In this document: in pieces, positions 1 to 8,902 of the stretch
Position numbering within the stretch: position 1 is the stretch's first letter
Layout: every line of letters begins with the position of its first letter
IMG/VR virus record: IMGVR_UViG_2861048470_000002
Origin: a virus
Lineage: Duplodnaviria > Heunggongvirae > Uroviricota > Caudoviricetes
Strand: one strand, 5' to 3'
Length of the DNA: 54,063 bases
The notes under the pieces: model-generated
What the model was told of the DNA's origin: nothing
The model's input: the letters and a program-made list of their open reading frames with translations, nothing else
Databases searched by the model: none
Program-made: the position numbers and the translations under genes

Positions 1-1284
1 TTACTTCTTCGCCTCTGCAACCACTTTACTACCCACGCCGCGGTTATTGTATTCCCACATGCGGTTGTAGTTAGTGTCATTCAGATTGCGCTGTATTTCG
101 TCGTTATCATCTACGCTGCCGGTATTACCCGCAAACGGACGATTAGAGATCACCGCATCGGCCCACGGTTTAGCCGTGTTAAAACCTTCGTTGATGGCGC
201 TATCACGGATCACCACCTGACCGTTGGTATTGGCATCAACATCCAGCGAGCGGCCCAGTTGCGCCACACCATCACCGAAAGCATTGAAACGGCTGTTTAC
301 GGCGAGGAAACCGTAGTAAATGTTGGACAGCGTAGCCGGTGCAAACACATACGCTTCTTGCTGAGTACGTGAGTTCACCACGCGGAATTCGGTGTTATCG
401 AACACCACTGCGCCGCGACCAGAAACGATATCCACATCCCCTTCAATGTAGCTGTTGGTCACCAGCGTACGCGGCTGACGGTTGGTTTCCAGACGGTTCT
501 GCACACCGCTGTTGGTGACAAAGAAGGTGTTCTGACGACCGAGAATGTTAACGTTGTTAATCTGTACCTGGTCACCATCAGTACGCAGTGCCACCGCCGG
601 ATGGTTACCTGCATCTACGCTATCGCCCAGCGTGTTTTCGATGGTCAGATTTTGCAGTTGCAGGCCATTGTTTTGTGACCAGAAGACCGCAGAGCAGAGA
701 ACACCGATACTGTCGCTGCGTTTGCTCTGGCAGCTATCGTACATATACCACGCTGGTTTACCTGGCATATATTTGCCGCGCGGGTTGACGTCGTGACGCC
801 AGTCGGCAGGGCTCATGCCACCATCAAGGGAAAGCCCAATCTTCACATCAATCGGTTTTTCACCTGTACCGTACAGAGTAATTCCACCCGGAGCGGCAGG
901 GACATATACCGTTCCCTGATACTCACCAGGCATCACGGCAATATACTGGCGCTTGTTGGTACGCTTGATAATTGCCGCATCTACCGCCGCCTGAATCGTG
1001 GTATGCGTTACACCTTGAGTGCCCGCCGGGCCGACAACAAAGTCAGGTTGCGCAGGCAGGGTAATCGGGGAAGGATTCCACGCTGCAGCACCTGGTGTCA
1101 GGGATGCAAAATAGTGTTGAGCATCGAAATTCTGCGCTTCTTTTGCCGACAGAATCGGGCGAGAAGAGGTACCAGGCGCGGTTTGATCAGAAGGACGTTG
1201 ATCGGGCGGGGTTGAGCTACAGGCGGTCAGCGTCACGCCAAAAGCCAATGCCAGCGCCAGACGGGAAACTGAAAATGTGTTCAC
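1..1284 (-). CDS. ybhC: Host outer-membrane lipoprotein YbhC (pectinesterase family), 427 aa
   Basis: Full ORF with N-terminal lipoprotein signal (LTACSS); recalled as the gene flanking lambda attB in E. coli; sits immediately outside attL. Confidence 0.8.
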   Translation of the reverse strand: MNTFSVSRLALALAFGVTLTACSSTPPDQRPSDQTAPGTSSRPILSAKEAQNFDAQHYFASLTPGAAAWNPSPITLPAQPDFVVGPAGTQGVTHTTIQAAVDAAIIKRTNKRQYIAVMPGEYQGTVYVPAAPGGITLYGTGEKPIDVKIGLSLDGGMSPADWRHDVNPRGKYMPGKPAWYMYDSCQSKRSDSIGVLCSAVFWSQNNGLQLQNLTIENTLGDSVDAGNHPAVALRTDGDQVQINNVNILGRQNTFFVTNSGVQNRLETNRQPRTLVTNSYIEGDVDIVSGRGAVVFDNTEFRVVNSRTQQEAYVFAPATLSNIYYGFLAVNSRFNAFGDGVAQLGRSLDVDANTNGQVVIRDSAINEGFNTAKPWADAVISNRPFAGNTGSVDDNDEIQRNLNDTNYNRMWEYNNRGVGSKVVAEAKK

Positions 1285-1299
1285 AGGTTGCTCCGGGCT

Positions 1300-1418
1300 A
1301 TGAAATAGAAAAATGAATCCGTTGAAGCCTGCTTTTTTATACTAAGTTGGCATTATAAAAAAGCATTGCTTATCAATTTGTTGCAACGAACAGGTCACTA
1401 TCAGTCAAAATAAAATCA
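1300..1418. other. attL: attL: B arm, 15-bp core GCTTTTTTATACTAA (1331-1345), then lambda P-prime arm
   Basis: Exact lambda core followed by GTTGGCATTATAAAAAAGCATTGCTTATCAATTTGTTGCAACGAACAGGTCACTATCAGTCAAAATAAAATCATTATTTGA, which matches the lambda attP right arm as I recall it. Confidence 0.9.
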
Positions 1419-2489
1419 TTATTTGATTTCAATTTTGTCCCACTCCCTGCCTCTGTCATCACGATACTGTGATGCCATGGTGTCCGACTTATGCCCGAGA
1501 AGATGTTGAGCAAACTTATCGCTTATCTGCTTCTCATAGAGTCTTGCAGACAAACTGCGCAACTCGTGAAAGGTAGGCGGATCCCCTTCGAAGGAAAGAC
1601 CTGATGCTTTTCGTGCGCGCATAAAATACCTTGATACTGTGCCGGATGAAAGCGGTTCGCGACGAGTAGATGCAATTATGGTTTCTCCGCCAAGAATCTC
1701 TTTGCATTTATCAAGTGTTTCCTTCATTGATATTCCGAGAGCATCAACATGCAATGCTGTTGGGATGGCAATTTTTACGCCTGTTTTGCTTTGCTCGACA
1801 TAAAGATATCCATCTACGATATCAGACCACTTCATTTCGCATAAATCACCAACTCGTTGCCCGGTAACAACAGCCAGTTCCATTGCAAGTCTGAGCCAAC
1901 ATGGTGATGATTCTGCTGCTTGATAAATTTTCAGGTATTCGTCAGCCGTAAGTCTTGATCTCCTTACCTCTGATTTTGCTGCGCGAGTGGCAGCGACAGG
2001 GTTTGTTGTTATATGGCCTTCAGCTATTGCCTCTCGGAATGCATCGCTCAGTGTTGATCTGATTAACTTGGCTGACGCCGCCTTGCCCTCGTCTATGTAT
2101 CCATTGAGCATTGCCGCAATTTCTTTTGTGGTGATGTCTTCAAGTGGAGCATCAGGCAGACCCCTCCTTATTGCTTTAATTTTGCTCATGTAATTTATGA
2201 GTGTCTTCTGCTTGATTCCTCTGCTGGCCAGGATTTTTTCGTAGCGATCAAGCCATGAATGTAACGTAACGGAATTATCACTGTTGATTCTCGCTGTCAG
2301 AGGCTTGTGTTTGTGTCCTGAAAATAACTCAATGTTGGCCTGTATAGCTTCAGTGATTGCGATTCGCCTGTCTCGGCCTAATCCAAACTCTTTACCCGTC
2401 CTTGGGTCCCTGTAGCAGTAATATCCATTGTTTCTTATATAAAGGTTAGGGGGTAAATCCCGGCGCTCATGACTTCGCCTTCTTCCCAT
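1419..2489 (-). CDS. int: Lambda integrase (tyrosine recombinase), 356 aa
   Basis: Translation MGRRRSHERRDLPPNLYIRNNGYYCYRDPRTGKEFGLG matches lambda Int from memory; next to attL. Confidence 0.97.
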   Translation of the reverse strand: MGRRRSHERRDLPPNLYIRNNGYYCYRDPRTGKEFGLGRDRRIAITEAIQANIELFSGHKHKPLTARINSDNSVTLHSWLDRYEKILASRGIKQKTLINYMSKIKAIRRGLPDAPLEDITTKEIAAMLNGYIDEGKAASAKLIRSTLSDAFREAIAEGHITTNPVAATRAAKSEVRRSRLTADEYLKIYQAAESSPCWLRLAMELAVVTGQRVGDLCEMKWSDIVDGYLYVEQSKTGVKIAIPTALHVDALGISMKETLDKCKEILGGETIIASTRREPLSSGTVSRYFMRARKASGLSFEGDPPTFHELRSLSARLYEKQISDKFAQHLLGHKSDTMASQYRDDRGREWDKIEIK

Positions 2490-2685
2490 TTCTGATCCTC
2501 TTCAAAAGGCTACCTGTTACTGGTCGATTTAAGTCAACCTTTACCGCTGATTCGTGGAACAGATATTCTCTTCCATCCTTAACCGGAGGAGGGAATATCC
2601 TGCATTCGCGCACCCATCGACGAACTGTTTCAAGGCTTCTTGGGCGTCGCTGGCGAGCGTTCCACTCCTGAAGTGTCAAGTACAT
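2467..2685 (-). CDS. xis: Lambda excisionase, 72 aa
   Basis: MYLTLQEWNARQRRPRSLETVRRWVRECRIFPPPVKDGREYLF; 3-prime end overlaps the int start as in lambda. Confidence 0.97.
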   Translation of the reverse strand: MYLTLQEWNARQRRPRSLETVRRWVRECRIFPPPVKDGREYLFHESAVKVDLNRPVTGSLLKRIRNGKKAKS

Positions 2686-2711
2686 CGCAAAGTCTCCGCA
2701 ATTACACGCAA

Positions 2712-2745
2712 GAAAAAACCGCCATCAGGCGGCTTGGTGTTCTTT
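2712..2745 (-). terminator. Hairpin plus T-run (GCCGCCTGATGGCGG TTTTTT on minus strand) overlapping the stop of the upstream small ORF
   Basis: Perfect short stem with a U-run, read directly from the sequence. Confidence 0.5.
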
Positions 2746-2892
2746 CAGTTCTTCAATTCGAATATTGGTTACGTCTGCATGTGCTATCTGCGCCCACAGC
2801 ATCCAGTGGTCATAGCAGTCGCTGATGTTCTCGGCTTCGATAACTCTGTTGAATGGTTCTCCATTCCATTCACCTGTGACTCGGAAGTGCAT
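2725..2892 (-). CDS. Small hypothetical protein, 55 aa (lambda orf55-like)
   Basis: ATG-initiated 55-codon ORF MHFRVTGEWNGEPFNRVIEAENISDCYDHWMLWAQIAHADVTNIRIEELKEHQAA just downstream of xis in the pL operon direction; below the 60-aa ORF-track cutoff. Confidence 0.5.
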   Translation of the reverse strand: MHFRVTGEWNGEPFNRVIEAENISDCYDHWMLWAQIAHADVTNIRIEELKEHQAA

Positions 2893-3134
2893 TTATCATC
2901 TCCATAAAACAAAACCCGCCGTAGCGAGTTCAGATAAAAGAAATCCTCGTCAGTGCGAGGATGCTGTTCATTGCTGCTATACACTTTTTTGCTCTCAACG
3001 TAAGCGGTAGCCCATTCTGTTGGGTTGGTGCAGTTGCTTTTAGGAAATGCTATTTACCCCTTAAATGTCGGCTGAAAGAGCTAAAATCCATGCAAAAAAT
3101 TTACGCAATTTTGTGTATTATTGTGCAGTAAGTA

Positions 3135-3737
3135 ATGAGCTATTTTCTGCGCAAAAAATGGATGGTAAATTTGTCCGGGTCAGGAAAAATTTTATGGGCG
3201 CTAAACATGAAAAAAGATTCGTATCCTTATTTGATTTGCATGACAGTTTCAGGGCTGATCTTTATTTTCCTTTTCTTCTGGTGGCGGGCAGATATCTACA
3301 GGGTCACGTTTCTTAATCAGAGTATATCCCACTATTACATTCTGTTTAGCATGGGAATAGCTTTTCTGTTATCTCTGTTTTGGGTTAAGAAGGGGATAGT
3401 AAAACAAAGCGGCTGGAAGAGTCTGTCAGCATACCTTAAGGTTTATGCAGGGATGTGCATATTTGCTGGATTTTTTCTGATTATACCCCTTACGACACTA
3501 ACTTATTTTTTGCCTGGAGAGACATCGTCTTATGTTGCACCGTATCGGTATACTTCCGGTAGTTCAAAAAGTTGTTCTGGAGCTGAGGTGGATGACCCCG
3601 ATCTACATGAGAATATTCGCATTTGCTATCCGTATGGCAATTATGAGTACGATAATATTATCTATGTTGAAAAGAAAATTAATATATTAGGTGCGGTAGT
3701 GACATATGCACAGACCGCGCGTGATGATACTGAATGA
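3135..3737 (+). CDS. Hypothetical integral membrane protein, about 3 predicted TM helices plus a ~75-aa C-terminal soluble domain; start codon uncertain (3135, 3207 or 3252)
   Basis: 200-aa ORF in an AT-rich island, opposite in orientation to the pL operon; hydrophobic segments LICMTVSGLIFIFLFFWW, YYILFSMGIAFLLSLFWV, AGMCIFAGFFLIIPLTTL; no recognisable family. Confidence 0.55.
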   Translation: MSYFLRKKWMVNLSGSGKILWALNMKKDSYPYLICMTVSGLIFIFLFFWWRADIYRVTFLNQSISHYYILFSMGIAFLLSLFWVKKGIVKQSGWKSLSAYLKVYAGMCIFAGFFLIIPLTTLTYFLPGETSSYVAPYRYTSGSSKSCSGAEVDDPDLHENIRICYPYGNYEYDNIIYVEKKINILGAVVTYAQTARDDTE

Positions 3738-3771
3738 TATAGTATATAGCGGGCAAGTTTTAGTTAATTTA

Positions 3772-3796
3772 TCGAGGTAATATAATTTACCTCGAC
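3772..3796. terminator. Bidirectional hairpin (TCGAGGTAAA TATAA TTTACCTCGA) between two convergent genes
   Basis: 10-bp perfect inverted repeat between the stop of the 3135-3737 gene and the stop of the 3948-4169 gene. Confidence 0.5.
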
Positions 3797-3947
3797 TCGT
3801 TTGTTCTGGTATTAATATTTCGCTTTACGACCGATTTTTATCTGATGATATCATGCGGTTTTCATATACTGACTTACTGTCTTTTCTCCGTTAGCGATTT
3901 TCTCCTGCTCAGCGATGATTTTATCTTTGGCTTCTAGTTAATTTCGC

Positions 3948-4169
3948 TCACTTCGAACCTCTCTGTTTACTGATAAGCTCCAGATCTTGCTGGCAACTGG
4001 CACAAGTCCGACAACCCTGAACGGCCAGTCGTCTTCGTTCATCTATCGGATCGCCACACTCACAACAATGAGTGGCAGATATAGCCTGGTGGTTCAGGCG
4101 GCGCATTTTTATTGCTGTGTTGCGCTGTAATTCTTCAATTTCTGATGCTGAATCAATTATGTCTGCCAT
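3948..4169 (-). CDS. TraR/DksA-family C4 zinc-finger protein, 73 aa
   Basis: CCECGDPIDERRRLAVQGCRTCASCQ four-cysteine motif typical of phage TraR/DksA-like proteins. Confidence 0.75.
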   Translation of the reverse strand: MADIIDSASEIEELQRNTAIKMRRLNHQAISATHCCECGDPIDERRRLAVQGCRTCASCQQDLELISKQRGSK

Positions 4170-4267
4170 CTTTCATTAATCCCTGAATTGTTGGTTAATA
4201 CGCTTGAGGGTGAATGCGAATAATAAAAAAGGAGCCTGTAGCTCCCTGATGATTTTGCTTTTCATGT

Positions 4268-4483
4268 TCACCGTTCCTTAAAGACGCCGTTCAACATGCC
4301 GATCGCCAGGCTTAAATGAGTCGGTGTGAATCCCATCAGCGTTACCGTTTCGCGGTGCTTCTTTAGTACGCTACGGCAAATGTCATCGACGTTTTTATCC
4401 GGAAACTGCTGTCTGGCTTTTTTGATTTCAGAATTAGCCTGACGGGCAATGCTGCGAAGGGCGTTTTCTTGCTGAGGTGTCAT
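4268..4483 (-). CDS. Small hypothetical early protein, about 71 aa (start taken at MTPQQENAL; the ORF could extend to 4549)
   Basis: ORF in the pL operon direction between the TraR-like gene and the orf63-like gene. Confidence 0.45.
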   Translation of the reverse strand: MTPQQENALRSIARQANSEIKKARQQFPDKNVDDICRSVLKKHRETVTLMGFTPTHLSLAIGMLNGVFKER

Positions 4484-4559
4484 TGAACAAGCCCCATGTC
4501 GGCAAGCATAAGCACACAGAATATGAAGCCCGCTGCCAGAAAAATGCATTCAGTGGTTG

Positions 4560-4751
4560 TCATACCTGGTCTCTCTCATCTGCTTCTGCTTTCGCCACCA
4601 TCATTTCCAGCTTTTGTGAAAGGGATGCGGCTAACGTATGAAATTCTTCGTCTGTTTCTACTGGTATTGGCACAAACCTGACTCCAATTTGAGCGAGGCT
4701 ATGTGCCATCTCGATACTCGTTCTTAACTCAACGGGAGATGCTTTGTGCAT
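4560..4751 (-). CDS. Lambda orf63-like small protein, 63 aa
   Basis: Position and size match lambda orf63 immediately upstream of orf60a/exo; sequence identity is from memory only. Confidence 0.55.
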   Translation of the reverse strand: MHKASPVELRTSIEMAHSLAQIGVRFVPIPVETDEEFHTLAASLSQKLEMMVAKAEADERDQV

Positions 4752-4912
4752 ACAGCTCCCCGTTTATTATTTATCTCCTCAGCCAGCCGCTGTGCTTTCA
4801 GGGGATTTCTGATAACAGAAAGGCCGGGAAATACCCAGCCTCGCTTTGTAACGGAGTAGACGAAAGTGATCGCACCTACCCGGATATTATCGTGAGGATG
4901 CTTCATCGCCAT
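4724..4912 (-). CDS. Lambda orf60a-like small protein, 62 aa
   Basis: [55 protein letters not shown]; overlaps the exo start as lambda orf60a does. Confidence 0.6.
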   Translation of the reverse strand: MAMKHPHDNIRVGAITFVYSVTKRGWVFPGLSVIRNPLKAQRLAEEINNKRGAVCTKHLPLS

Positions 4913-5583
4913 TGCTCCCCAAATACAAAACCAATTTCAGCCAGTGCCTCGTCCATTTTTTCGATGAACTCCGGCACCATCTCGTCAAAACTCGCCATGT
5001 ACTTTTCATCCCGCTCAACCACGACATAATGCAGGCCTTCACGCTTCATACGCGGGTCATAGTTGGCAAAGTACCAGGCATCTTTTCGCGTCACCCACAT
5101 GCTGTACTGCACCTGGGCCATGTAAGCCGACTTTATGGCCTCGAAACCACCGAGCCGGAACTTCATGAAATCCCGGGAGGTAAACGGGCATTTCAGCTCA
5201 AGGCCATTGCCGTCACTGCATAAACCATCGGGAGAGCAGGCGGTACGCATACTTTCGTCGCGATAGATGATCGGGGATTCAGTAACATTCACGCCGGAAG
5301 TGAATTCAAACAGAGTTCTGGCGTCGTTCTCGTACTGTTTTCCCCATGCCAGCGCCTTAGCATTAACTTCCGGAGCCACACCGGTGCAAACCTCAGCCAG
5401 CAGGGTGTGGAAGTAGGACATTTTCATGTCAGGCCACTTTTTTCCGGAGCGGGGTTTTGCTATCACATTGTGAACTTCTGAAGCGGTGATGACGCCGAGC
5501 CGTAATTTGTGCCACGCATCATCCCCCTGTTCGACAGCTCTCACGTCGATTCCGGTACGCTGCAGGATAATGTCCGGTGTCAT
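4903..5583 (-). CDS. exo: Lambda exonuclease (Red alpha), 226 aa
   Basis: [65 protein letters not shown] is lambda Exo. Confidence 0.97.
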   Translation of the reverse strand: MTPDIILQRTGIDVRAVEQGDDAWHKLRLGVITASEVHNVIAKPRSGKKWPDMKMSYFHTLLAEVCTGVAPEVNAKALAWGKQYENDARTLFEFTSGVNVTESPIIYRDESMRTACSPDGLCSDGNGLELKCPFTSRDFMKFRLGGFEAIKSAYMAQVQYSMWVTRKDAWYFANYDPRMKREGLHYVVVERDEKYMASFDEMVPEFIEKMDEALAEIGFVFGEQWR

Positions 5584-6365
5584 GCAGCCACCTTCTGCTC
5601 AGTGGCTTTCTGTTTCAGGAATCCAAGAGCTTTCACTGCTTCGGCCTGTGTCAGTTCTGACGATGCGCGAATGTCGCGGCGAAATATCTGGGAACAGAGC
5701 GGCAATAAGTCGTCATCCCATGTTTTATCCAGGGCAATCAGCAGAGTGTTAATCTCCTGCATGGTTTCATCGTTAACCGGAGTGATGTCGCGTTCCGGCT
5801 GACGTTCTGCAGTGTATGCGGTATTTTCGACAATGCGCTCGGCTTCATCCTTGTCATAGATACCCGCAAATCCGAAGGCGAGACGGGCACACTGAATCAT
5901 GGCTTTATGCCGTAACATCCGTTTGGGATGCGACTGCCACGGTCCGGTGATTTCTCTGCCTTCGCGGGTTTTGAATGGTTCGCGGCGGCATTCATCCATC
6001 CACTCGGTAACGCAGATCGGATGATTGCGGTCCTTGCGGTAAATCCGGCATGTGCAGGATTCATTGTCCTGCTCAAAGTCCATGCCATCAAACTGCTGGT
6101 TTTCATTGATGATACGGGACCAGCCATCAACGCCCACCACCGGAACGATGCCGTTCTGCTTGTCAGGGAAGGCGTAAATTTCTTTCGTCCACGGATTAAG
6201 GCCGTACTGGTTGGCGACGATCAGCAATGCGATGAACTGCGCATCGCTGGCATCACCTTTAAATGCCGTCTGGCGAAGAGTGGTGATCAGTTCCTGTGGG
6301 TCGACAGAATCCATGCCGACGCGTTCAGCCAGCTTCCCAGCCAGCGTTGCGAGTGCTGTACTCAT
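5580..6365 (-). CDS. bet: Lambda Bet single-strand annealing protein (Red beta), 261 aa
   Basis: [66 protein letters not shown] is lambda Bet. Confidence 0.97.
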   Translation of the reverse strand: MSTALATLAGKLAERVGMDSVDPQELITTLRQTAFKGDASDAQFIALLIVANQYGLNPWTKEIYAFPDKQNGIVPVVGVDGWSRIINENQQFDGMDFEQDNESCTCRIYRKDRNHPICVTEWMDECRREPFKTREGREITGPWQSHPKRMLRHKAMIQCARLAFGFAGIYDKDEAERIVENTAYTAERQPERDITPVNDETMQEINTLLIALDKTWDDDLLPLCSQIFRRDIRASSELTQAEAVKALGFLKQKATEQKVAA

Positions 6366-6370
6366 CCGTT

Positions 6371-6787
6371 TTATACCTCTGAATCAATATCAACCTGGTG
6401 GTGAGCAATGGTTTCAACCATGTACCGGATGTGTTCTGCCATGCGCTCCTGAAACTCAACATCGTCATCAAACGCACGGGTAATGGCTTTTTTGCTGGCC
6501 CCGTGGCGTTGTAAATGATCGATGCAGAGTGATTCAAACAGGTGCTGGGGCAGACCTTTTTCCATGTCGTCTGCCAGTTCTGCCTCTTTCTCTTCACGGG
6601 CGATCTGCTGGTAGTGACGCGTCCAGCTCTGAGCCTCAAGACGATCCTGAATGTAATAAGCGTTCATGGCTGAACTCCTGAAATAGCTGTGAAAATATCG
6701 CCCGCGAAATGCCGGGCTGATTAGGAAAACAGGAAAGGGGGTTAGTGAATGCTTTTGCTTGATCTCAGTTTCAGTATTAATATCCAT
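6371..6787 (-). CDS. gam: Lambda Gam, RecBCD inhibitor, 138 aa
   Basis: [55 protein letters not shown] is lambda Gam. Confidence 0.97.
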   Translation of the reverse strand: MDINTETEIKQKHSLTPFPVFLISPAFRGRYFHSYFRSSAMNAYYIQDRLEAQSWTRHYQQIAREEKEAELADDMEKGLPQHLFESLCIDHLQRHGASKKAITRAFDDDVEFQERMAEHIRYMVETIAHHQVDIDSEV

Positions 6788-6885
6788 TTTTTATAAGCGT
6801 CGACGGCCTCACGAAACATCTTTTCATCGCCAATAAAAGTGGCGATAGTGAATTTAGTCTGGATAGCCATAAGTGTTTGATCCAT
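6742..6885 (-). CDS. kil: Lambda Kil host-killing protein, 47 aa
   Basis: [47 protein letters not shown], the internal start within the 89-aa track ORF; overlaps cIII by 32 nt as in lambda. Confidence 0.9.
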   Translation of the reverse strand: MDQTLMAIQTKFTIATFIGDEKMFREAVDAYKKWILILKLRSSKSIH

Positions 6886-7018
6886 TTTTTGGGACTCCTG
6901 GCTGATTAAGTATGTCGATAAGGCGTTTCCATCCGTCACGTAATTTACGGGTGATTCGTTCAAGTAAAGATTCGGAAGGGCAGCCAGCAACAGGCCACCC
7001 TGCAATGGCATATTGCAT
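6854..7018 (-). CDS. cIII: Lambda CIII (FtsH inhibitor), 54 aa
   Basis: Hand translation of the reverse strand gives [54 protein letters not shown]; below the ORF-track cutoff. Confidence 0.9.
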   Translation of the reverse strand: MQYAIAGWPVAGCPSESLLERITRKLRDGWKRLIDILNQPGVPKNGSNTYGYPD

Positions 7019-7090
7019 GGTGTGCTCCTTATTTATACATAACGAAAAACGCCTCGAGTGAAGCGTTATTGGTATGCGGTAACGCCGCGC

Positions 7091-7459
7091 TCAGGCGGCT
7101 TTGATAGTCATATCATCTGAATCAAATATTCCTGATGTATCGATATCGGTAATTCTTATTCCTTCGCTACCATCCATTGGAGGCCATCCTTCCTGACCAT
7201 TTCCATCATTCCAGTCGAACTCACACACAACACCATATGCATTTAAGTCGCTTGAAATTGCTATAAGCAGAGCATGTTGCGCCAGCATGATTAATACAGC
7301 ATTTAATACAGAGCCGTGTTTATTGAGTCGGTATTCAGAGTCTGACCAGAAATTATTAATCTGGTGAAGTTTTTCCTCTGTCATTACGTCATGGTCGATT
7401 TCAATTTCTATTGATGCTTTCCAGTCGTAATCAATGATATATTTTTTGATGTTTGACAT
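7091..7459 (-). CDS. ea10: Lambda Ea10, 122 aa
   Basis: MSNIKKYIIDYDWKASIEIEIDHDVMTEEKLHQINNFWSDSEYRLNKHG matches lambda Ea10 from memory. Confidence 0.9.
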   Translation of the reverse strand: MSNIKKYIIDYDWKASIEIEIDHDVMTEEKLHQINNFWSDSEYRLNKHGSVLNAVLIMLAQHALLIAISSDLNAYGVVCEFDWNDGNGQEGWPPMDGSEGIRITDIDTSGIFDSDDMTIKAA

Positions 7460-7479
7460 CTATTCATATCCTCACAGAT

Positions 7480-7505
7480 AAAAAATCGCCCTCACATTGG
7501 AGGGC
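7480..7505 (-). terminator. Rho-independent terminator (GCCCTC ACATT GAGGGC then U-run on the minus strand) upstream of ea10
   Basis: Perfect 6-bp GC stem followed by a T-run in the leftward transcript direction. Confidence 0.5.
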
Positions 7506-7719
7506 AAAGAAGATTTCCAATAATCAGAACAAGTCGGCTCCTGTTTAGTTACGAGCGACATTGCTCAGTGTATTCACTCGTTGGAATGAATACACAGTGC
7601 AGTGTTTATTAGTATGCCTGTCTTTTAACCACATCAGGCTCGGTGGTTCTCGTGTACCCCTACAGCGAGAAATCGGATAAACTCTATTCACCCCTACAGA
7701 GAGCAAAAGAGAAACGCCG

Positions 7720-8301
7720 ATGAACAACTCATGGTGGCAGGAACTAATGCATTTTTTCCTGCAAGGAATGACACTTAAACAGTTGATTCATATGCTAATC
7801 ATCCTGATCATATTGATTATTGTTATGCCTGTAAGCGTAAAAGAATGGATAAACCTGCATAATCCAGAAATCCTTCCTCATTACTGGATGTATTACATCC
7901 TGTTGTTTTGCGTTAGCTATGTGCTTAACGGCGTTGTTAATTCCGCTTATCACGCTGTGACTGAAAGAATTGAGATATTCGCTGCTCAGAAGCGCAAATC
8001 TAAAGAAGAGAAATACGTGCAAGATTTGTTTGATTCGTTAACTCTTGGAGAAAGAGCGTATTTGGCATTCGCTGTAGCCGCTAATAACCAGCTAAAGACA
8101 GAAAAGGGAAGCCCTGAAGCAATCTCATTGCTCGAAAAAGGGCTTCTTATTCGGGTACCTTCTGCTACTGGATATCCTGAAATCGACCGTTTTGTTATCC
8201 CGGAACGCTATAGAAATGAGTGCTACATTAGGTTTGCTGGGAAGAAAGACAGTCTTATGGATGAACTTATCGCTCAGGATAAGCATGGCAAAAACAAGTA
8301 A
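7720..8301 (+). CDS. Membrane protein, possibly SieB-like superinfection exclusion, 193 aa
   Basis: N-terminal hydrophobic segments (LIHMLIILIILIIVMPV, YILLFCVSYVLNGVV); sits where sieB lies in lambdoid pL operons but on the opposite strand to N; family assignment from memory only. Confidence 0.45.
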   Translation: MNNSWWQELMHFFLQGMTLKQLIHMLIILIILIIVMPVSVKEWINLHNPEILPHYWMYYILLFCVSYVLNGVVNSAYHAVTERIEIFAAQKRKSKEEKYVQDLFDSLTLGERAYLAFAVAANNQLKTEKGSPEAISLLEKGLLIRVPSATGYPEIDRFVIPERYRNECYIRFAGKKDSLMDELIAQDKHGKNK

Positions 8302-8317
8302 TTAGCAAATTAATTTA

Positions 8318-8590
8318 TCATCTCGCCGTCAGTTGTTTTGATTTCCGGTAGCCTGCCGCGTAAATGGCTACGTTTGGCAGGCAAATACTTCCACTGCATT
8401 CATCTGCCTTCTTGCAGCGAAGGCTTCCGAGTGATGCTGCTTTGTCTGCTCTGACGCAACCAGAGAGCTTTAGCGCAATTTTTCGCGCCAGTCGCTGTTC
8501 TTGCATTGCCTGCTCACGTTGAGCCTGTCTGCGTGCTCTGCGGCGATTTCTGGCGTTATTGTCAGCCAGATATGTAATGACTACTGCCAT
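8318..8590 (-). CDS. N: N-like transcription antiterminator, 90 aa
   Basis: Arginine-rich motif NARNRRRARRQAQREQ near the N-terminus; C-terminus LPNVAIYAAGYRKSKQLTAR resembles P22 gp24; first gene downstream of pL/nutL. Confidence 0.8.
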   Translation of the reverse strand: MAVVITYLADNNARNRRRARRQAQREQAMQEQRLARKIALKLSGCVRADKAASLGSLRCKKADECSGSICLPNVAIYAAGYRKSKQLTAR

Positions 8591-8697
8591 GTTGACCTCC
8601 GATGATTAACTTTGGCGGTGACGCGCCGGGTGCTTATCTTCCGGTTGCCGTCGTGCAGCTGCACTTCACGTCACCCCAAAGCCAACTACTCTTTGGT

Positions 8698-8738
8698 TCC
8701 CGCATTTCGGCGGGACAATCCCATCAATGTTAAAGAGC
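8698..8738 (-). promoter_or_regulatory. nutL: nutL: boxA (GCTCTTTAACA) and boxB hairpin (TCCCGC CGAAAT GCGGGA)
   Basis: boxA consensus followed by a hairpin identical to the one at nutR (9849-9872); between pL and N. Confidence 0.75.
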
Positions 8739-8774
8739 CTGCCAATCTGTTCCGTTTGGCTACCAGCGTCCTGC

Positions 8775-8870
8775 CGATGACTTAAATTTAAGATTTCTTT
8801 AACTATTGGTCAAGAGTGTTTTTGAAGAAAACTTAAATTTTGTTGCGAAGCTTAAGTTTTGCTTTGATTT
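8775..8870 (-). promoter_or_regulatory. pL/oL region with P22-type operator half-sites
   Basis: ATTTAAGATTTCTTTAAC and related TTAAG...CTTAA palindromes; TTGACC -35-like hexamer on the minus strand. Confidence 0.55.
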
Positions 8871-8881
8871 TTAAAGGAAAG

Positions 8882-8902
8882 AAAAAAAGGGGCGAATGCC
8901 CC
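8882..8902 (-). terminator. Hairpin (GGGGC GAAT GCCCC) with U-run at the c2 stop
   Basis: GC stem followed by a T7 run on the minus strand. Confidence 0.5.

Noticed and set aside
3065-3316. 83-aa plus-strand ORF overlapping the start of the 200-aa membrane protein in another frame
   Set aside because: The longer frame has coherent transmembrane-helix periodicity throughout. The 83-aa frame is probably spurious, though a short 40-codon ORF with an AGGA motif at 3194 cannot be fully excluded.
7545-7727. 60-aa minus-strand ORF where lambda ral would be expected
   Set aside because: It has no similarity to Ral as I recall it and overlaps the direct repeats upstream of the membrane protein gene; ral appears to be absent.
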